A DNA stretch of 64,000 nucleotides from Eledone cirrhosa. Its lineage: Eukaryota. The notes beneath the pieces were generated by a model. That model saw nothing but the letters and a program-made list of their open reading frames with translations. It made no database searches and was not told the DNA's origin. The translations under genes were made by a program, and so were the position numbers. Below are positions 1 to 14,250 of the stretch, piece by piece. The stretch's first letter is position 1, and each line of letters opens with the position of its first letter. The DNA lies in the NCBI GenBank assembly GCA_964016885.1, contig OZ024742.1, positions 47,678,001-47,742,000 of the forward strand, written 5' to 3'.

Positions 1-717
<717 letters not shown>

Positions 718-1071
718 CCACTATTCTGATGTTATGCTAAGATTATAAAGCTATTGATAGAAGTTAAAACAAAATACACATGCAATATAGCAACATTTTC
801 CTCCTCCTTTATATCTGAAACATTTACACATTTGAAAAGAGAAAAATTGATAGAAACTATATTTATACGTATCTATTTAAGGATTTTTATCTTTTTACTT
901 TCTGATATCGTGCCGAGACATGTTTTTCCAGTTTACACCACGAATTGTCACCTAATATCAGGAATTCACTGATTAGTTCCCACGTATACTCACACAAGCA
1001 TACAAATATATGTAACACACATATATAGACGCACGAAGCACATGAACATGCACATTCGCACACACACGCAC

Positions 1072-1179
<108 letters not shown>

Positions 1180-1422
1180 ACACACACATATATAAATGGG
1201 TAAAATGAAACTTACTTCTCAATCTTAGTACGGCTGATACTTAAATGTAAGTATGTATACGTACATACATATATGTATACAGACGTACAGTAGTATGTAT
1301 ATACATACATTCAGATATATATATATATATGTATATATATATTTTTCTAAACAAACAGCCCGAATTAAGCCGTACAGTGTTCGGCAACCATCGTTGCCCT
1401 TTTGTTCAACCCTGACAAAGGA

Positions 1423-1465
1423 ACGATGAACTAGTTTCTAGCTTATTCGCTGTCATCAGCACCGT
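1423..1465 (-). ncRNA. Minimal type-I hammerhead ribozyme (family B)
   Basis: Minus strand: ACGGTG-CTGATGA-CAGCGAATAAGCTA-GAAA-CTAG-TT-CATCGT; stem I ACGGTG/CATCGT, palindromic stem III CTAG, GUU site. Confidence 0.85.
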
Positions 1466-1855
1466 ATACCTTCCTGTCAGTCGATTGAACGTTTGAAAAT
1501 ATATACTTTCCTTATGCATATTAACGGCTGAGCAGCCTAATTTGCATATTGAGTGAGTTAGTCGGCCGGGTGTACCCATACGTACATATATATATATATA
1601 TATATATGTGTGCATGTATGTATGTATATACATACTACTGTACGTCTGTATACATATATGTATGTACGTATACATACTTACATTTAAGTAACAGCCGTAC
1701 TAAGAGTGAGAAATAAAATTTCATGTTTTCCATTTATCGTTTTCGGTACACCCGACCGACTGACTCACTCGATATGCAAATTAGGCTGCTCAACCGTTAA
1801 TATGCATAAGGAAAGTATATACTTTCAAACGTTCAATCGACTGACAGGAAGGTAT

Positions 1856-1898
1856 ACGGTGCTGATGACAGCTAATAAGCTAGAGAATAGTTCATCGT
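1856..1898 (+). ncRNA. Hammerhead ribozyme, core-mutated copy (family B)
   Basis: ACGGTG-CTGATGA-CAGCTAATAAGCTA-GAGAATAG-TT-CATCGT; GAAAC changed to GAGAA. Confidence 0.65.
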
Positions 1899-2139
1899 TC
1901 CTTTGTCAGTGTTGAACAAATGGGCAACGATGGTTGCCGAACACACTATGGCTAATAATTCGGGCTGTTTGCTTAGAAACAAACCGAGCATTATAATAAA
2001 TGTTCGGTAAATCCATACGTAGATATATATATATGTTTGCATGTATTTATGTATATACATACTACTGTACGTCTGTATACATATACATACTTACATTTAT
2101 ATATAAATATATGTGTGTAATGGGTGTGTACACAGACAA

Positions 2140-2179
<40 letters not shown>

Positions 2180-2299
2180 ATATATATATATATATATACT
2201 TCCATTTTGTATTTGTTTTGTAAGATACGATCCATGGAATCATTTGCTGAAATAGACATTGTTATAACTTTGTAGGGCCATGTTGCCAATAGTTAGGTA

Positions 2300-3570
2300 A
2301 CTAATATATTCCCTGGTCAGTTTAGTATGCAGATGCTTACTTCCTTTCTACAGACGTTGTGCCGAAATAGATTCGACAATGTGACAATTAAATATCTAGC
2401 TGGTTGTTAAACTAAACATGAACTGCAGTTCGTGGATGATGCAGCATTCGAAGATGCTCAAGAACAGGTAAATTGTTTCTCGATCACTAAAAAGGTAAAT
2501 TTGGCTATAAAGAGGTCCGCAATTCACACAAATCAGATAAGGGGCATCAAAGAAGAACCACCAGTTCTTCTAGATAGAAGTGAAGAATCCCAAATAATAT
2601 CAGCAGCAAAGTGAACTAAAACACCTCTCTTGAGATTTTTCATCGAATTGCCAAAGCCTCTAGTATATTTGATAACATTTGTTATCATCTCTCTTTTTAC
2701 AGAGGCGTAAAGCTTAATACCAAAATGAAAATCTTCAAAGTCGTTGCTCTTACCATTGTTCGTAAAGATCTCACCGCATTGCACACACTTAAATCATCTC
2801 GACTTGTTCTATAAGTGTTGTCTCCGTACAACCTGCGTTTACACATTAGAAGATGACATTACGAACGTTGCTCTGTTGCTGAAGTGCAACATTTCAATGC
2901 AACTAGACATTCTTCTTGCAATGCCAACGTTTCATCAGAATTAGTGACATTTGGTAATCAATGCTGGTAAAATAAATGTAGAATTAACGTGCCTCAGATA
3001 AAAGAACAAGTCGAAAAATGGACTCGAAACTGTTGTTCTACACTATTCAACCTTTCGTTAGTTAACCATGAATCGAAAGAACTGATGTTTTAGTTTTTGT
3101 AGCGAACTCGTTTCAGAGACAAATTTCTTGAACAAGCTTTTAATATTGTGCATTTGATGGGACTTTAAATTTGTGTGAAATGACACAATAAGGTAGAAAT
3201 ATACCCATAATCCATGAAATGACTCTAAATTCAAAATACAATAACCAAGCTTCATTATCCTGTTTGATGAATCCAACCATACAATCAACGTCCAAAAATT
3301 GCAATTTTATATTTTACTTTTGGTTTTGATGACTTCGTTGTTTGGGCGAAGATTAGTTCTGATCAGACAGACCCATAACTAAAATCCGTGAAACATCCTT
3401 TTAATTTCAAACACACAATTTTCCTGCATATGTGCTTGTCTCCAATGAGTCATACTGTGAACAACAGTAGGATTTGACTAAGATTTGTCCAGTATTTCTT
3501 ATGAGCCAAACGACCACGTAGAGCTCCCTCTTTATTCAGTTTTATTTCTGCGTTCTGCAGGAAAAGGGGC
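2300..3570 (-). pseudogene. Highly degraded non-LTR reverse transcriptase remnant
   Basis: Minus-strand peptides IVWLDSS (resembles the RT xWLDxxKA motif) and VHFAADII (resembles xFADDI); multiple stops and shifts. Confidence 0.3.
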
Positions 3571-3771
3571 TTCCTTTTGAAAATATTGACTTACGAACTT
3601 TATATGTATGTATACCAAAAAAGTGAAAGATCGTAGAATTAGAATTTTTACTTATATTCGATAATGATATTATCATATCAGATACCATCTCTTATATATC
3701 AATTTCATAATTTCTAGGTTTGATTGGTCTTAAAATGAGAAAATACAATTCTTTGTATTTTCATAACCATC

Positions 3772-4510
<739 letters not shown>

Positions 4511-4586
4511 TATATATATATATATACACATATCTATACATATATATATATACATAGATATGTATTTATATACATATATATATATA

Positions 4587-5460
<874 letters not shown>

Positions 5461-5473
5461 TATATATATATAT

Positions 5474-5537
<64 letters not shown>

Positions 5538-5539
<2 letters not shown>

Positions 5540-5712
5540 CGAAGGAAATGTGGTAAGGAACCAGGTGGACCATAACGCACCAAAGTACTCAATACTTGGG
5601 GTAGTAGAGTGGGTAATAGGAACTGGTAAGACCCCGACGGCTGAGCTCAAGCCGTTTCGACAGCTAATTAGCTGTTGAAACGGCTTGAGCTCAGCCGTCG
5701 GGGTCTTACCGG

Positions 5713-5716
<4 letters not shown>
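5538..5716 (-). mobile_element. Family A fold-back element
   Basis: Palindrome centred on TTTC-GACAGCTAATTAGCTGTT-GAAA; stem III CGGCT...AGCCG followed by TC. Confidence 0.85.
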
Positions 5717-5754
<38 letters not shown>

Positions 5755-5761
<7 letters not shown>

Positions 5762-5880
5762 ATACTTTGGGAGGGTCATGTTGCCAATAAGAAACACACG
5801 CACCAGTTGCTTTCACTTCAATTTATTATATATTTATAAATTTATAAATTTACAAATCTACAAACTTATAAATTTCTTTA
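5755..5880 (+). mobile_element. Family E fragment
   Basis: ATTGTTATACTTTGGGAGGGTCATGTTGCCAATAAGAAACACACGCACCAGTTGCTTTCAC matches 12246-12315. Confidence 0.75.
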
Positions 5881-6394
5881 CAGACTCGCGCGCACCCATA
5901 AACACACATACACAGACATACATATACACAGACACACGTATAAATATATTTATATATATAAATATACACATACACACACACAAGGATGGCATGCCATTCC
6001 TTATTATTAAGTTTCTCTTAAGCTAACAGGTGTCTATAAGATCAGTGGGGGGTCAGTCATGGTAGATAGATTTAAAGGAAAGGGAGATTCTTAAAAAGCT
6101 AAAATCATTAAGGTTCTACTAAGTGACAAAGGTTTAGAGAATTCTGTAGACAAATTCAGAATATTAAGTGCATATCTTACAATTATCCTCAAATTACTCT
6201 TAAACTATTCAACTATATGCCAAAAAACAACAGACACATTCACAAGACACACTCACTCACACACTCGCGCGCACACATAAACACACATACACAGACACAC
6301 ATATACACAGATACACATATAAATATATTTATATATATAAATATACACATACACACACACACATACATACACACACATACATACACACATATGT

Positions 6395-6424
<30 letters not shown>

Positions 6425-6425
<1 letters not shown>

Positions 6426-6672
6426 AACGGAAAAAATGAAACGATATTTCATTTCCCACTCTTAGTACGGCTGTTACTTAAATATAAGTATGTACACGTA
6501 CATACATATATGTATACCGACGTACAGTAGTATGTATATATATATATACATACATGCACACATATATATATGCACGTATGGATTCACCGAATATTTATTA
6601 TAATGCTCGGTGTGTTTCTAAGCCGTAGTGTCTAGCAACCACCGTTGCTCGTTTGTTCAAAACTGACAAAGG
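6425..6672 (-). mobile_element. Family B partial copy (internal deletion, no HHR core)
   Basis: CTCTTAGTACGGCTGTTACTTAAAT and ATTTATTATAATGCTCGG are reverse complements of family B segments. Confidence 0.75.
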
Positions 6673-6736
6673 ATGTATATATATACATATATACATATAC
6701 ATATACATATACATACATATACATACACATGCACAT

Positions 6737-6800
<64 letters not shown>

Positions 6801-6960
6801 TCATATATAAAAAATATATATACATATACACACACACACACACATACATATACACATATATAAGGAAAAATTGAACGGGAACAAAACAGAGGGGCAGAAC
6901 AGAAGGGCAGAACAAACAAATGTTTATTGATTTCACGCTCTTGAGAGTGGGATCACACAT

Positions 6961-7023
<63 letters not shown>

Positions 7024-7068
7024 AATACACCATACATACATATATTCATATATATCTATATATATATA

Positions 7069-7143
<75 letters not shown>

Positions 7144-7291
7144 ATACAAAAGCACATACATATACATATATATACATACACATACACACCCATATATACA
7201 TACATATACATATACACACAAAAATACATACATATATACATATATATATACACACATATACACATACATACACATACACATAAAAAAACAT

Positions 7292-7346
<55 letters not shown>

Positions 7347-7381
7347 CACATACATACATATACACATACACATATATATAC

Positions 7382-7460
<79 letters not shown>

Positions 7461-7465
<5 letters not shown>

Positions 7466-7820
7466 AAAAAGGGATGAAATCGAAAATGCAACTGAAGTCT
7501 TATTTTTTCAAAAAATATATATATTTATTTGGTTCATTTACCGGTTTCGCAGTTCTTCTGCTTTTCAAAAGGTGAGTTGAGATGGAGGGGCTGTGGTTTT
7601 TCTCTCAGATGTGAGAAAAACCACAGACCCTCCATCTCAACTCACCTTTTGAAAAGCAGAAGAACTGCGAAACCGGTAAAGGAACCAAATAAATATATAT
7701 ATTTTAAAAAAAAATAAGACTTCAGTTGCATTTTCGATTTCATCCCTTTTTCTTTATACTTCCACTCGTGTAGGACAACTCGGTTATTTTTCATTTTGTA
7801 AAAAAAACCTCACTTTCTAA
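7461..7820. mobile_element. Family D fold-back element with two opposite U3-A8 hammerheads (7535-7572 -, 7645-7682 +)
   Basis: Arms 7461-7605 and 7612-7756 are reverse complements around TCTCTCAGATGTGAGA; TA flanks. Confidence 0.85.
7645..7682 (+). ncRNA. Minimal hammerhead ribozyme, U3-A8 variant
   Basis: CCTT(7645-48) TTGAAAA(7649-55) GCAG-AAGAA-CTGC GAAA(7669-72) CCGG TA AAGG. Confidence 0.78.
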
Positions 7821-7931
7821 TATATGTATATATATATATATATATATATACATATACATACATATATACATACATACATGTGCATACATATATATATATA
7901 TATATTTATTCATACACACACACACACATAT

Positions 7932-7992
<61 letters not shown>

Positions 7993-8025
7993 CATACACA
8001 CACACACACGCACACACATACACAC

Positions 8026-8106
<81 letters not shown>

Positions 8107-8141
8107 TATATACACACACACACATATATACATACATATAC

Positions 8142-8172
<31 letters not shown>

Positions 8173-8243
8173 CATATACATATATATACACACGCACATA
8201 TACATACATACATATACACACATACACACATACACATACACAC

Positions 8244-8298
<55 letters not shown>

Positions 8299-8617
8299 TA
8301 CACACATACATATACATATATATACACACATACACACACATACCCATATACACATGTGCACACACACACATACATACACATACATATAAATACACATACA
8401 TATACACACATACACACACACACAAATATATACACATACAAATAAATAAGTACTCAATAAATATACGCATATACGCAGGCACATAAAAACACATCTACAG
8501 GCAGAAATGTAGATAGGTAAGAGGTACTCACATAATCATAGTGGCCGTATTTCAGGTTGAGGAGGGGTGAGGGTAGGGTGGGAAGGAAGTATAGGGGCCA
8601 ATAGGAGGAGTTCGTTT

Positions 8618-9900
8618 TTAGCCATCGGGCTTTAACACTGGCTTAAAGTGTTTGAAAGTTGCAAAGTTCTTGTGCATGCAGTTCGGGCAGTGTTCAGAGA
8701 GTTTGCTCAGTAGCGGGCCCTTGGTGAATACAATTTCGTAGCTCTCTGAAATACAAAGGTCGCAGCCCTTGTGTCCTCCGTTGTAAGAGCGCGCTTTCTG
8801 GAGTATTTTCCATTTAAGCGTGAAGGGGTGGAGTTCCTTTTGAGGTCCCAAACATAGGAGGCGAGTGTTGTCTGGTTTGATTTGCCCGGTCTTCTGAAGG
8901 AGTGGGTATGGGCATACCAACGGGTCTTAAAGTTGTTGGAGGTCATGCCGATGTAAGTTTTTTTGCAATCATCGGTGCCTGAGATGACATCGCATTTGTA
9001 TACGATATCATTTGTGAGGCATTTGTTTTCAAGTGGGCATGCCTCCTTATTTAGGCAATTACACAGAGCCCCAGTCCGGGGATTGGGTTCGGAGGTGGTT
9101 GGCTTATTTAATATTTTAGAATTGTGGTTGGCTATATTCCTAGCTAGGTTAGGTGTGGTGGAGTAGGAGAGTCTTATTGTGTTCTTATTAAAGATGGTGT
9201 GGTACCTATGTTGTATGGGGAAGTGTAATTTCAGCAAAGTGAAGAAAATCCTAGCTATCGGAGTAGAGACCTCTCTATTGAAGGGAGGGTTGTACCAGCT
9301 AATCTGCCTATGTCTATTCCACCTCTGCAATCTTGCGGTGGTTTCTAGGTATGTTATCTTTTCTTTAAATCCGCTACGGGCGAGGGCGTCATTGCAGTAG
9401 GAGGCAGATGCGTTAAAAATATCTTTGTTGGTGGAGAGGCCGGATATTCTCATAGAGACGCCTTTTACTAGGTTATCAGTGATGTTTTGGGGGTGGTTTG
9501 AATTAACATTAATATATTTAAGGGACTCGTTAGGTTTGTGGTACGGGTAATAGAGGGAAGTATCTAGGTCGAGAGTGACATCTAATAAGTTGGCCCTAGT
9601 CAAATTAGATTCTATAGTTATACTAAATCCTAGATTAGAGAAGAATGAGCTTAAGTTTTTCCGAAAGCCATCGGTGGTTCTGGGGCTAACCTTATGCAGG
9701 GCGAAGAGGCCGTCGTCTCGGTATAAACCTCCCGTTAGGCCGGTAAAGAGGTTCTTCAGGTGATGTAGGTTGTACAGGCCCACAAGGTCGCTAATTTCAG
9801 CCGAGTCACTCGCTCCCACGCTAACGTCAAATGGGGTCTGAGATTTCTTGTTGATCTAATAAGATCCATCGTGGTATAGGAAGGTCTTACGAGCGTTGAT
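8618..9900 (-). pseudogene. 5'-truncated Penelope-like element: RT C-terminal half plus GIY-YIG endonuclease, frameshifted near 8820-8850
   Basis: ORF 8707..9819: GASDSAEISDLVGL, LYRDDGL, WYNPPF, CNC-x5-CPL, IVYKC...YIGMT...FKTRWYAH; C-terminus WKILQKARSY...CDLCISE...CMH continues in ORF 8618..8920. Confidence 0.92.
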
Positions 9901-10036
9901 ACCCAGATTCCTGATGATTTCTAAAGAATGAAACAGTTCTAGTCACGTAGAATCTCATCTATATTAAAACTTTATACTCTGCAATGTATTGAGTACCTTA
10001 CTTACTGTGGTTACCTCCGATTCAACCCGGAATAAC

Positions 10037-10132
<96 letters not shown>

Positions 10133-11038
10133 GCATATATATTTCTAAATATATGTGTGTGTGTGCATATATATATGTCAATGGGTTATATAAATACGAG
10201 GTGATATATGTACACGGAAAACTATTTAGGAAAGTTTAGGAAAGTTATAAAACTTCGAAATGGTCTCATTTTCCCCTAAAGAGATTTCTTATCGTTAACA
10301 TCAATATTTCCCTTCGCAAACAAAATTACATCGATATCTTATAGTAATAACTCATTGCTGAAACAAATGTTTCATATTTCATCGTAATCAATGTTATTAT
10401 TGCTACAATTAGTAAATACTTATGGTAATCGTATCATATGAAACGTATTTCCCAGACAGCAACGAATCATTTACTTATCTTCCAATACATTAAGCAATTA
10501 AATATATATAAATATGACATCGTTTATCAGTCCTCAACTTATCATATAGTTTATAGTGTTTCAATTTAATTTCTTTCGATACAGTCAATGAATAGCATTT
10601 CCCATTGTCTATGAAAGAAAATAATATATATTACAAATTGAAATACGAAGGATAGGACTCTATTGTTCGCTTCTATACAAAAACAGCAAAAAATATTCCA
10701 TAACATCGACATGGATTCCAAATGTAGTCTAATGAATATCGAATGAAGAAATCTCTCAAGATATAGATTTTGGAAGAGATGGTCACAGACTCGTAATGAT
10801 GTACCATTACTAAGATACGAAGTTATATACAAAATAAATTATGGTTCTATGTGATTTCTTTTTTCAATATAAACGGGACTATAGACTACATACGGCAGCT
10901 GATGTATGATTTTGTATGATACGAATGTGTTTTATCGAATTGTACGATCTAACATTACTCACGAATAAAAATTATCAGGTTTCTGGTTGGTAATGAAGTG
11001 CAATTTACATATATACTGTATATATATAAGTTCGTGTG

Positions 11039-11101
<63 letters not shown>

Positions 11102-11302
11102 TTGTGTAAAATCACTCTCAAGCATCACTGGTCACATGTAACCCAGTACAGTGTCTCACATGGCCGATTTGTCAGCGACCTAACCGGCAACTTCACGAAG
11201 CATACTTGGTGAAAGGAACTATTTTTATAACAAGCAAAACCCATCAAAATGCAGCGGAATTGATGTTAGTCAACGGCAAGTCGCCTTTGTGCACATGTTT
11301 AT

Positions 11303-11403
11303 ATAATTGTTTGTAGTTTTGGCTCAAGGCCAGCAATTACCCATTACATTACTGGTACTTTATTTTAGCGACCCCGTAAGGATGAAAGGCAAAGTTGACC
11401 CAG
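11303..11403 (-). mobile_element. tRNA-derived SINE fragment (CCTTTCATCCTTACGGGGTCGATAAAAT core, Nin/Deu-domain-like)
   Basis: Reverse complement of the core also seen at 27420, 38760, 45853, 48500, 52127, 55198, 56948 and 59210. Confidence 0.75.
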
Positions 11404-12114
11404 AGTTTATATAATGTGTGTAAACATGTATATGAATATATATTTTGGAGTGCCGAATAGGGTAGGTTGGGCTCTCGTTCAGATCTGTACTATGGTACCT
11501 CAATATTATGGAGACATCTGACATGTGGCACGCCGTGCACCAGTACAAGAGTGGAGGCAATGACGGAGGATGTGTGTTTATGTTATATCTTATACACCAT
11601 AGTAGCAACTGTAAAAATAAGTATCTATAAAGCACAATCATTTGCCTGTTATGAAAATATAAAAGCAAATAACTATAGAAGTTAGGCTTTGTAACTGAAT
11701 TATTTTTAATCCACAATAGATGTAGGTCAGAAAATAGAAATGGTTCACCCGTGTTTGTTCTCCTTATGAATGATTCATTATAGAATAAGGTGAGAAGGTA
11801 AGTGTTTTCAAACGCATTCATCGACATTTTAATGTCCAACATTTCACGTATTTTCTTTCAGTTTACCAATGTCTTAAATAGCTTACGTTGAATTAAACAA
11901 TTGGAGAATATGAGAAATATTTCCGTTTGAAAAGAATAGCAATGAAGACACTTAAAAGAGAAACCTAAAATGTATGTTTTAGCAGATATGCTATTACTGT
12001 AGACTTAATCAAAATAGTTGCTATATGCTAGTGATTGCTGTATTGAAAGGCACGTGACAGCAAGATGTGTCTATTTTATAACTGTTTTCAATATAACTAG
12101 AATATTGTTCATGG

Positions 12115-12181
<67 letters not shown>

Positions 12182-12407
12182 TTCTAATTCGTTTCTGAAT
12201 TTGTTTAGGAAGATTCTTTATCTGAAAACGTGTGTTGAAACCGATATTGTTATACTTGGGGGGGGGGGGGGGGTCATGTTGCCAATAAGAAACACACGCA
12301 CCAGTTGCTTTCACTTCAATTCATAATAAATTAAATTTATAAATTTAGGAATTTATAAATTTCCGGTTGGTTGGTTGGTTCCACAACCAGACGATTGTTC
12401 ATATATT

Positions 12408-12450
12408 GTCAAAGTTCTTTCGTCACACATTATGTGATCTCTTCAGTGAC
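12408..12450 (-). ncRNA. Minimal hammerhead ribozyme (family E, mirror copy)
   Basis: Reverse complement of 12621-12663. Confidence 0.8.
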
Positions 12451-12620
12451 TGGGGATTCTTTTCTTTGTTTTTGTGCCTCTCCTTCGTTCTTTCCTACGC
12501 CATCTTGTTTTTGTGTGTGTTGTGTGTGTTGTGGGGACACAACACACACAACACACACAAAAACAAGATGGCGTAGGAAAGAACGAAGGAGAGGCACAAA
12601 AACAAAGAAAAGAATCCCCA

Positions 12621-12663
12621 GTCACTGAAGAGATCACATAATGTGTGACGAAAGAACTTTGAC
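12621..12663 (+). ncRNA. Minimal type-I hammerhead ribozyme (family E)
   Basis: GTCA-CTGAAGA-GATCACATAATGTGTGAC-GAAA-GAAC-TT-TGAC; stem I GTCA/TGAC. Confidence 0.82.
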
Positions 12664-12804
12664 AATATATGAACAATCGTCTGGTTGTGGAACCAGCCAA
12701 CCAACCAACCGGAAATTTATAAATTCTTAAATTTATAAATTTAATTTATTATAAATTGAAGTGAAAGCAACTGGTGCGTGTGTTTCTTATTGGCAACATG
12801 TCCC

Positions 12805-12835
<31 letters not shown>

Positions 12836-12924
12836 TTAACATACACGCACACCTACACACACGCCTACAAAAACACACCCATACACGCCCCACACACACA
12901 GACATATACAAATATATATATATA

Positions 12925-13492
12925 AGTGGAATGGAATGAAACGAAATTTCATTTCTCACTCTTAGTACAGCACTTACTACTGCTCGTCTGAATACATATA
13001 TCTATGTACGTATACATACATACTTACATTTAAGTAAGTGCCGTACTAAGAGTGAGAAATGAAATTTCGTTTCATTCTATTCCATTTATCGTGTCGGTGT
13101 TCCCGGTCGACTGAACTCACTCGATCTGCAAATTAGGCTGCTCAGCCGTTAATATGCATAAGGAAAGTATATACTTTCAGGCGTTCAACCATCTGGCAGG
13201 AAGGTACACGATGCTGACGATAGCTAATAAGCTTGAAACTAGTACGTCGTTCCTGTGTCAGTCTTGAACAAAAAGGTGACGTGGTTGCCTAAACATTGTA
13301 CGGCGTAATCCGGGCTGTTTGTTTGTTTACAAACAAACAAACCGAACATTATAATAAATGTTCGGTAAACCGATACGTGCATATATATATGTGTGCATAT
13401 ATATATATGTGTGCATGTATGTATATATATACATACTATTGTACGTCTGTATACATATATGTATGTACGTATACATACATACATACTTACAT
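12925..13492 (+). mobile_element. Family B monomer with terminal repeat and short 5' inverted segment (12925-12976)
   Basis: Colinear with 1620-2100; 12925-12976 is the reverse complement of about 13034-13088. Confidence 0.85.
13208..13250 (+). ncRNA. Minimal hammerhead ribozyme (family B)
   Basis: ACGATG-CTGACGA-TAGCTAATAAGCTT-GAAA-CTAG-TA-CGTCGT; stem I differs from the 1423 copy but still pairs. Confidence 0.85.
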
Positions 13493-13500
13493 ATATATAA

Positions 13501-13540
<40 letters not shown>

Positions 13541-13543
<3 letters not shown>

Positions 13544-13835
13544 AGGCGGGTAAAATTCCCGAGATCCATGGACGAGTTCTCTCCAGCGGTCTCTGTCCCT
13601 CATTATCGCTGCCATATCCTGCATCTCCAACAGACCAGTGTCTGTCCTTAGGGTATCAACATATGTTAACCTTGGTCTTTCACTTCTAGTGTGTCCATGT
13701 AGGGGCTCCCAGAGGAGCACTGTGTGCAATGTCAACTCTGGATGTCGGTGAGCATGTCCAGCCAACCTCAGTCTCCTCTGTGTCACTTTTGAGCTGACTT
13801 TTGGGATGCTCTCATACAGCTCTGAGTTTCTCATC

Positions 13836-13840
<5 letters not shown>
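13541..13840 (-). mobile_element. 3'-terminal fragment of an RTE-type LINE inserted in (TA)n
   Basis: NSELY...QRRLRLAGHAHRH...LLWEP..G....RPRLTYVDTL..DTG, a typical RTE ORF C-terminus. Confidence 0.8.
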
Positions 13841-13890
<50 letters not shown>

Positions 13891-13892
<2 letters not shown>

Positions 13893-14250
13893 CGGCGATG
13901 AATTAGTTTTGCGAGGTTTTTTTATATGGAATCGTGTGTCGAAACAAATATTGTTATACTTGGGGAGGGTCATATTTGTGTAATATTGCCAGAACTAATA
14001 ACAGAACACACTCACTGTTTGGTTGGTTTTCGCTTTTCGCTTCTGTGTCTTTTATATCGGTAATCTAATTTATTCGGTCCTCAATGTTGCCATTGACTAA
14101 CCAACGGTCACAAATAATACGGATACAATATAGACACAAACACATATATATCATTTATCATAGTTCTTTCGTTGCACATCTGCAACATCGTCAGTGGTGC
14201 TATAGATTCCCCCCGTTGCATTGTATTTCTACGCCATCTATATTTAGTCT
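13891..14250. mobile_element. Family F non-coding element; HHR on - strand (14157-14199) and HHR 3' half on + strand (about 13935-13960)
   Basis: Homologous to 30393-30760. Minus: CACCA-CTGACGA-TGTTGCAGATGTGCAAC-GAAA-GAAC-TA-TGAT. Plus: GTGTC-GAAA-CAAATATTG-TT. Confidence 0.8.

Larger units (their letters stand above)
1195..2100. mobile_element. Family B HHR-containing non-autonomous element: inverted monomer (1195-1585, -) plus direct monomer with terminal repeat (about 1620-2100, +)
   Basis: 1345-1580 is the reverse complement of about 1745-1985; TACTACTGTACGTCTG recurs at 1633 and 2060; homologous to 6425-6670 and 12925-13490. Confidence 0.85.
12181..12804. mobile_element. Family E element with ~530-bp near-perfect palindrome (12271-12804) and two opposite hammerheads
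   Basis: Arms about 265 bp around GTG-GGGA-CAC at 12531-12540; the mirror-image ORFs in the track reflect the symmetry. Confidence 0.9.

Noticed and set aside
12367-12704. Pairs of near-identical ORFs on opposite strands
   Set aside because: A consequence of the DNA palindrome.
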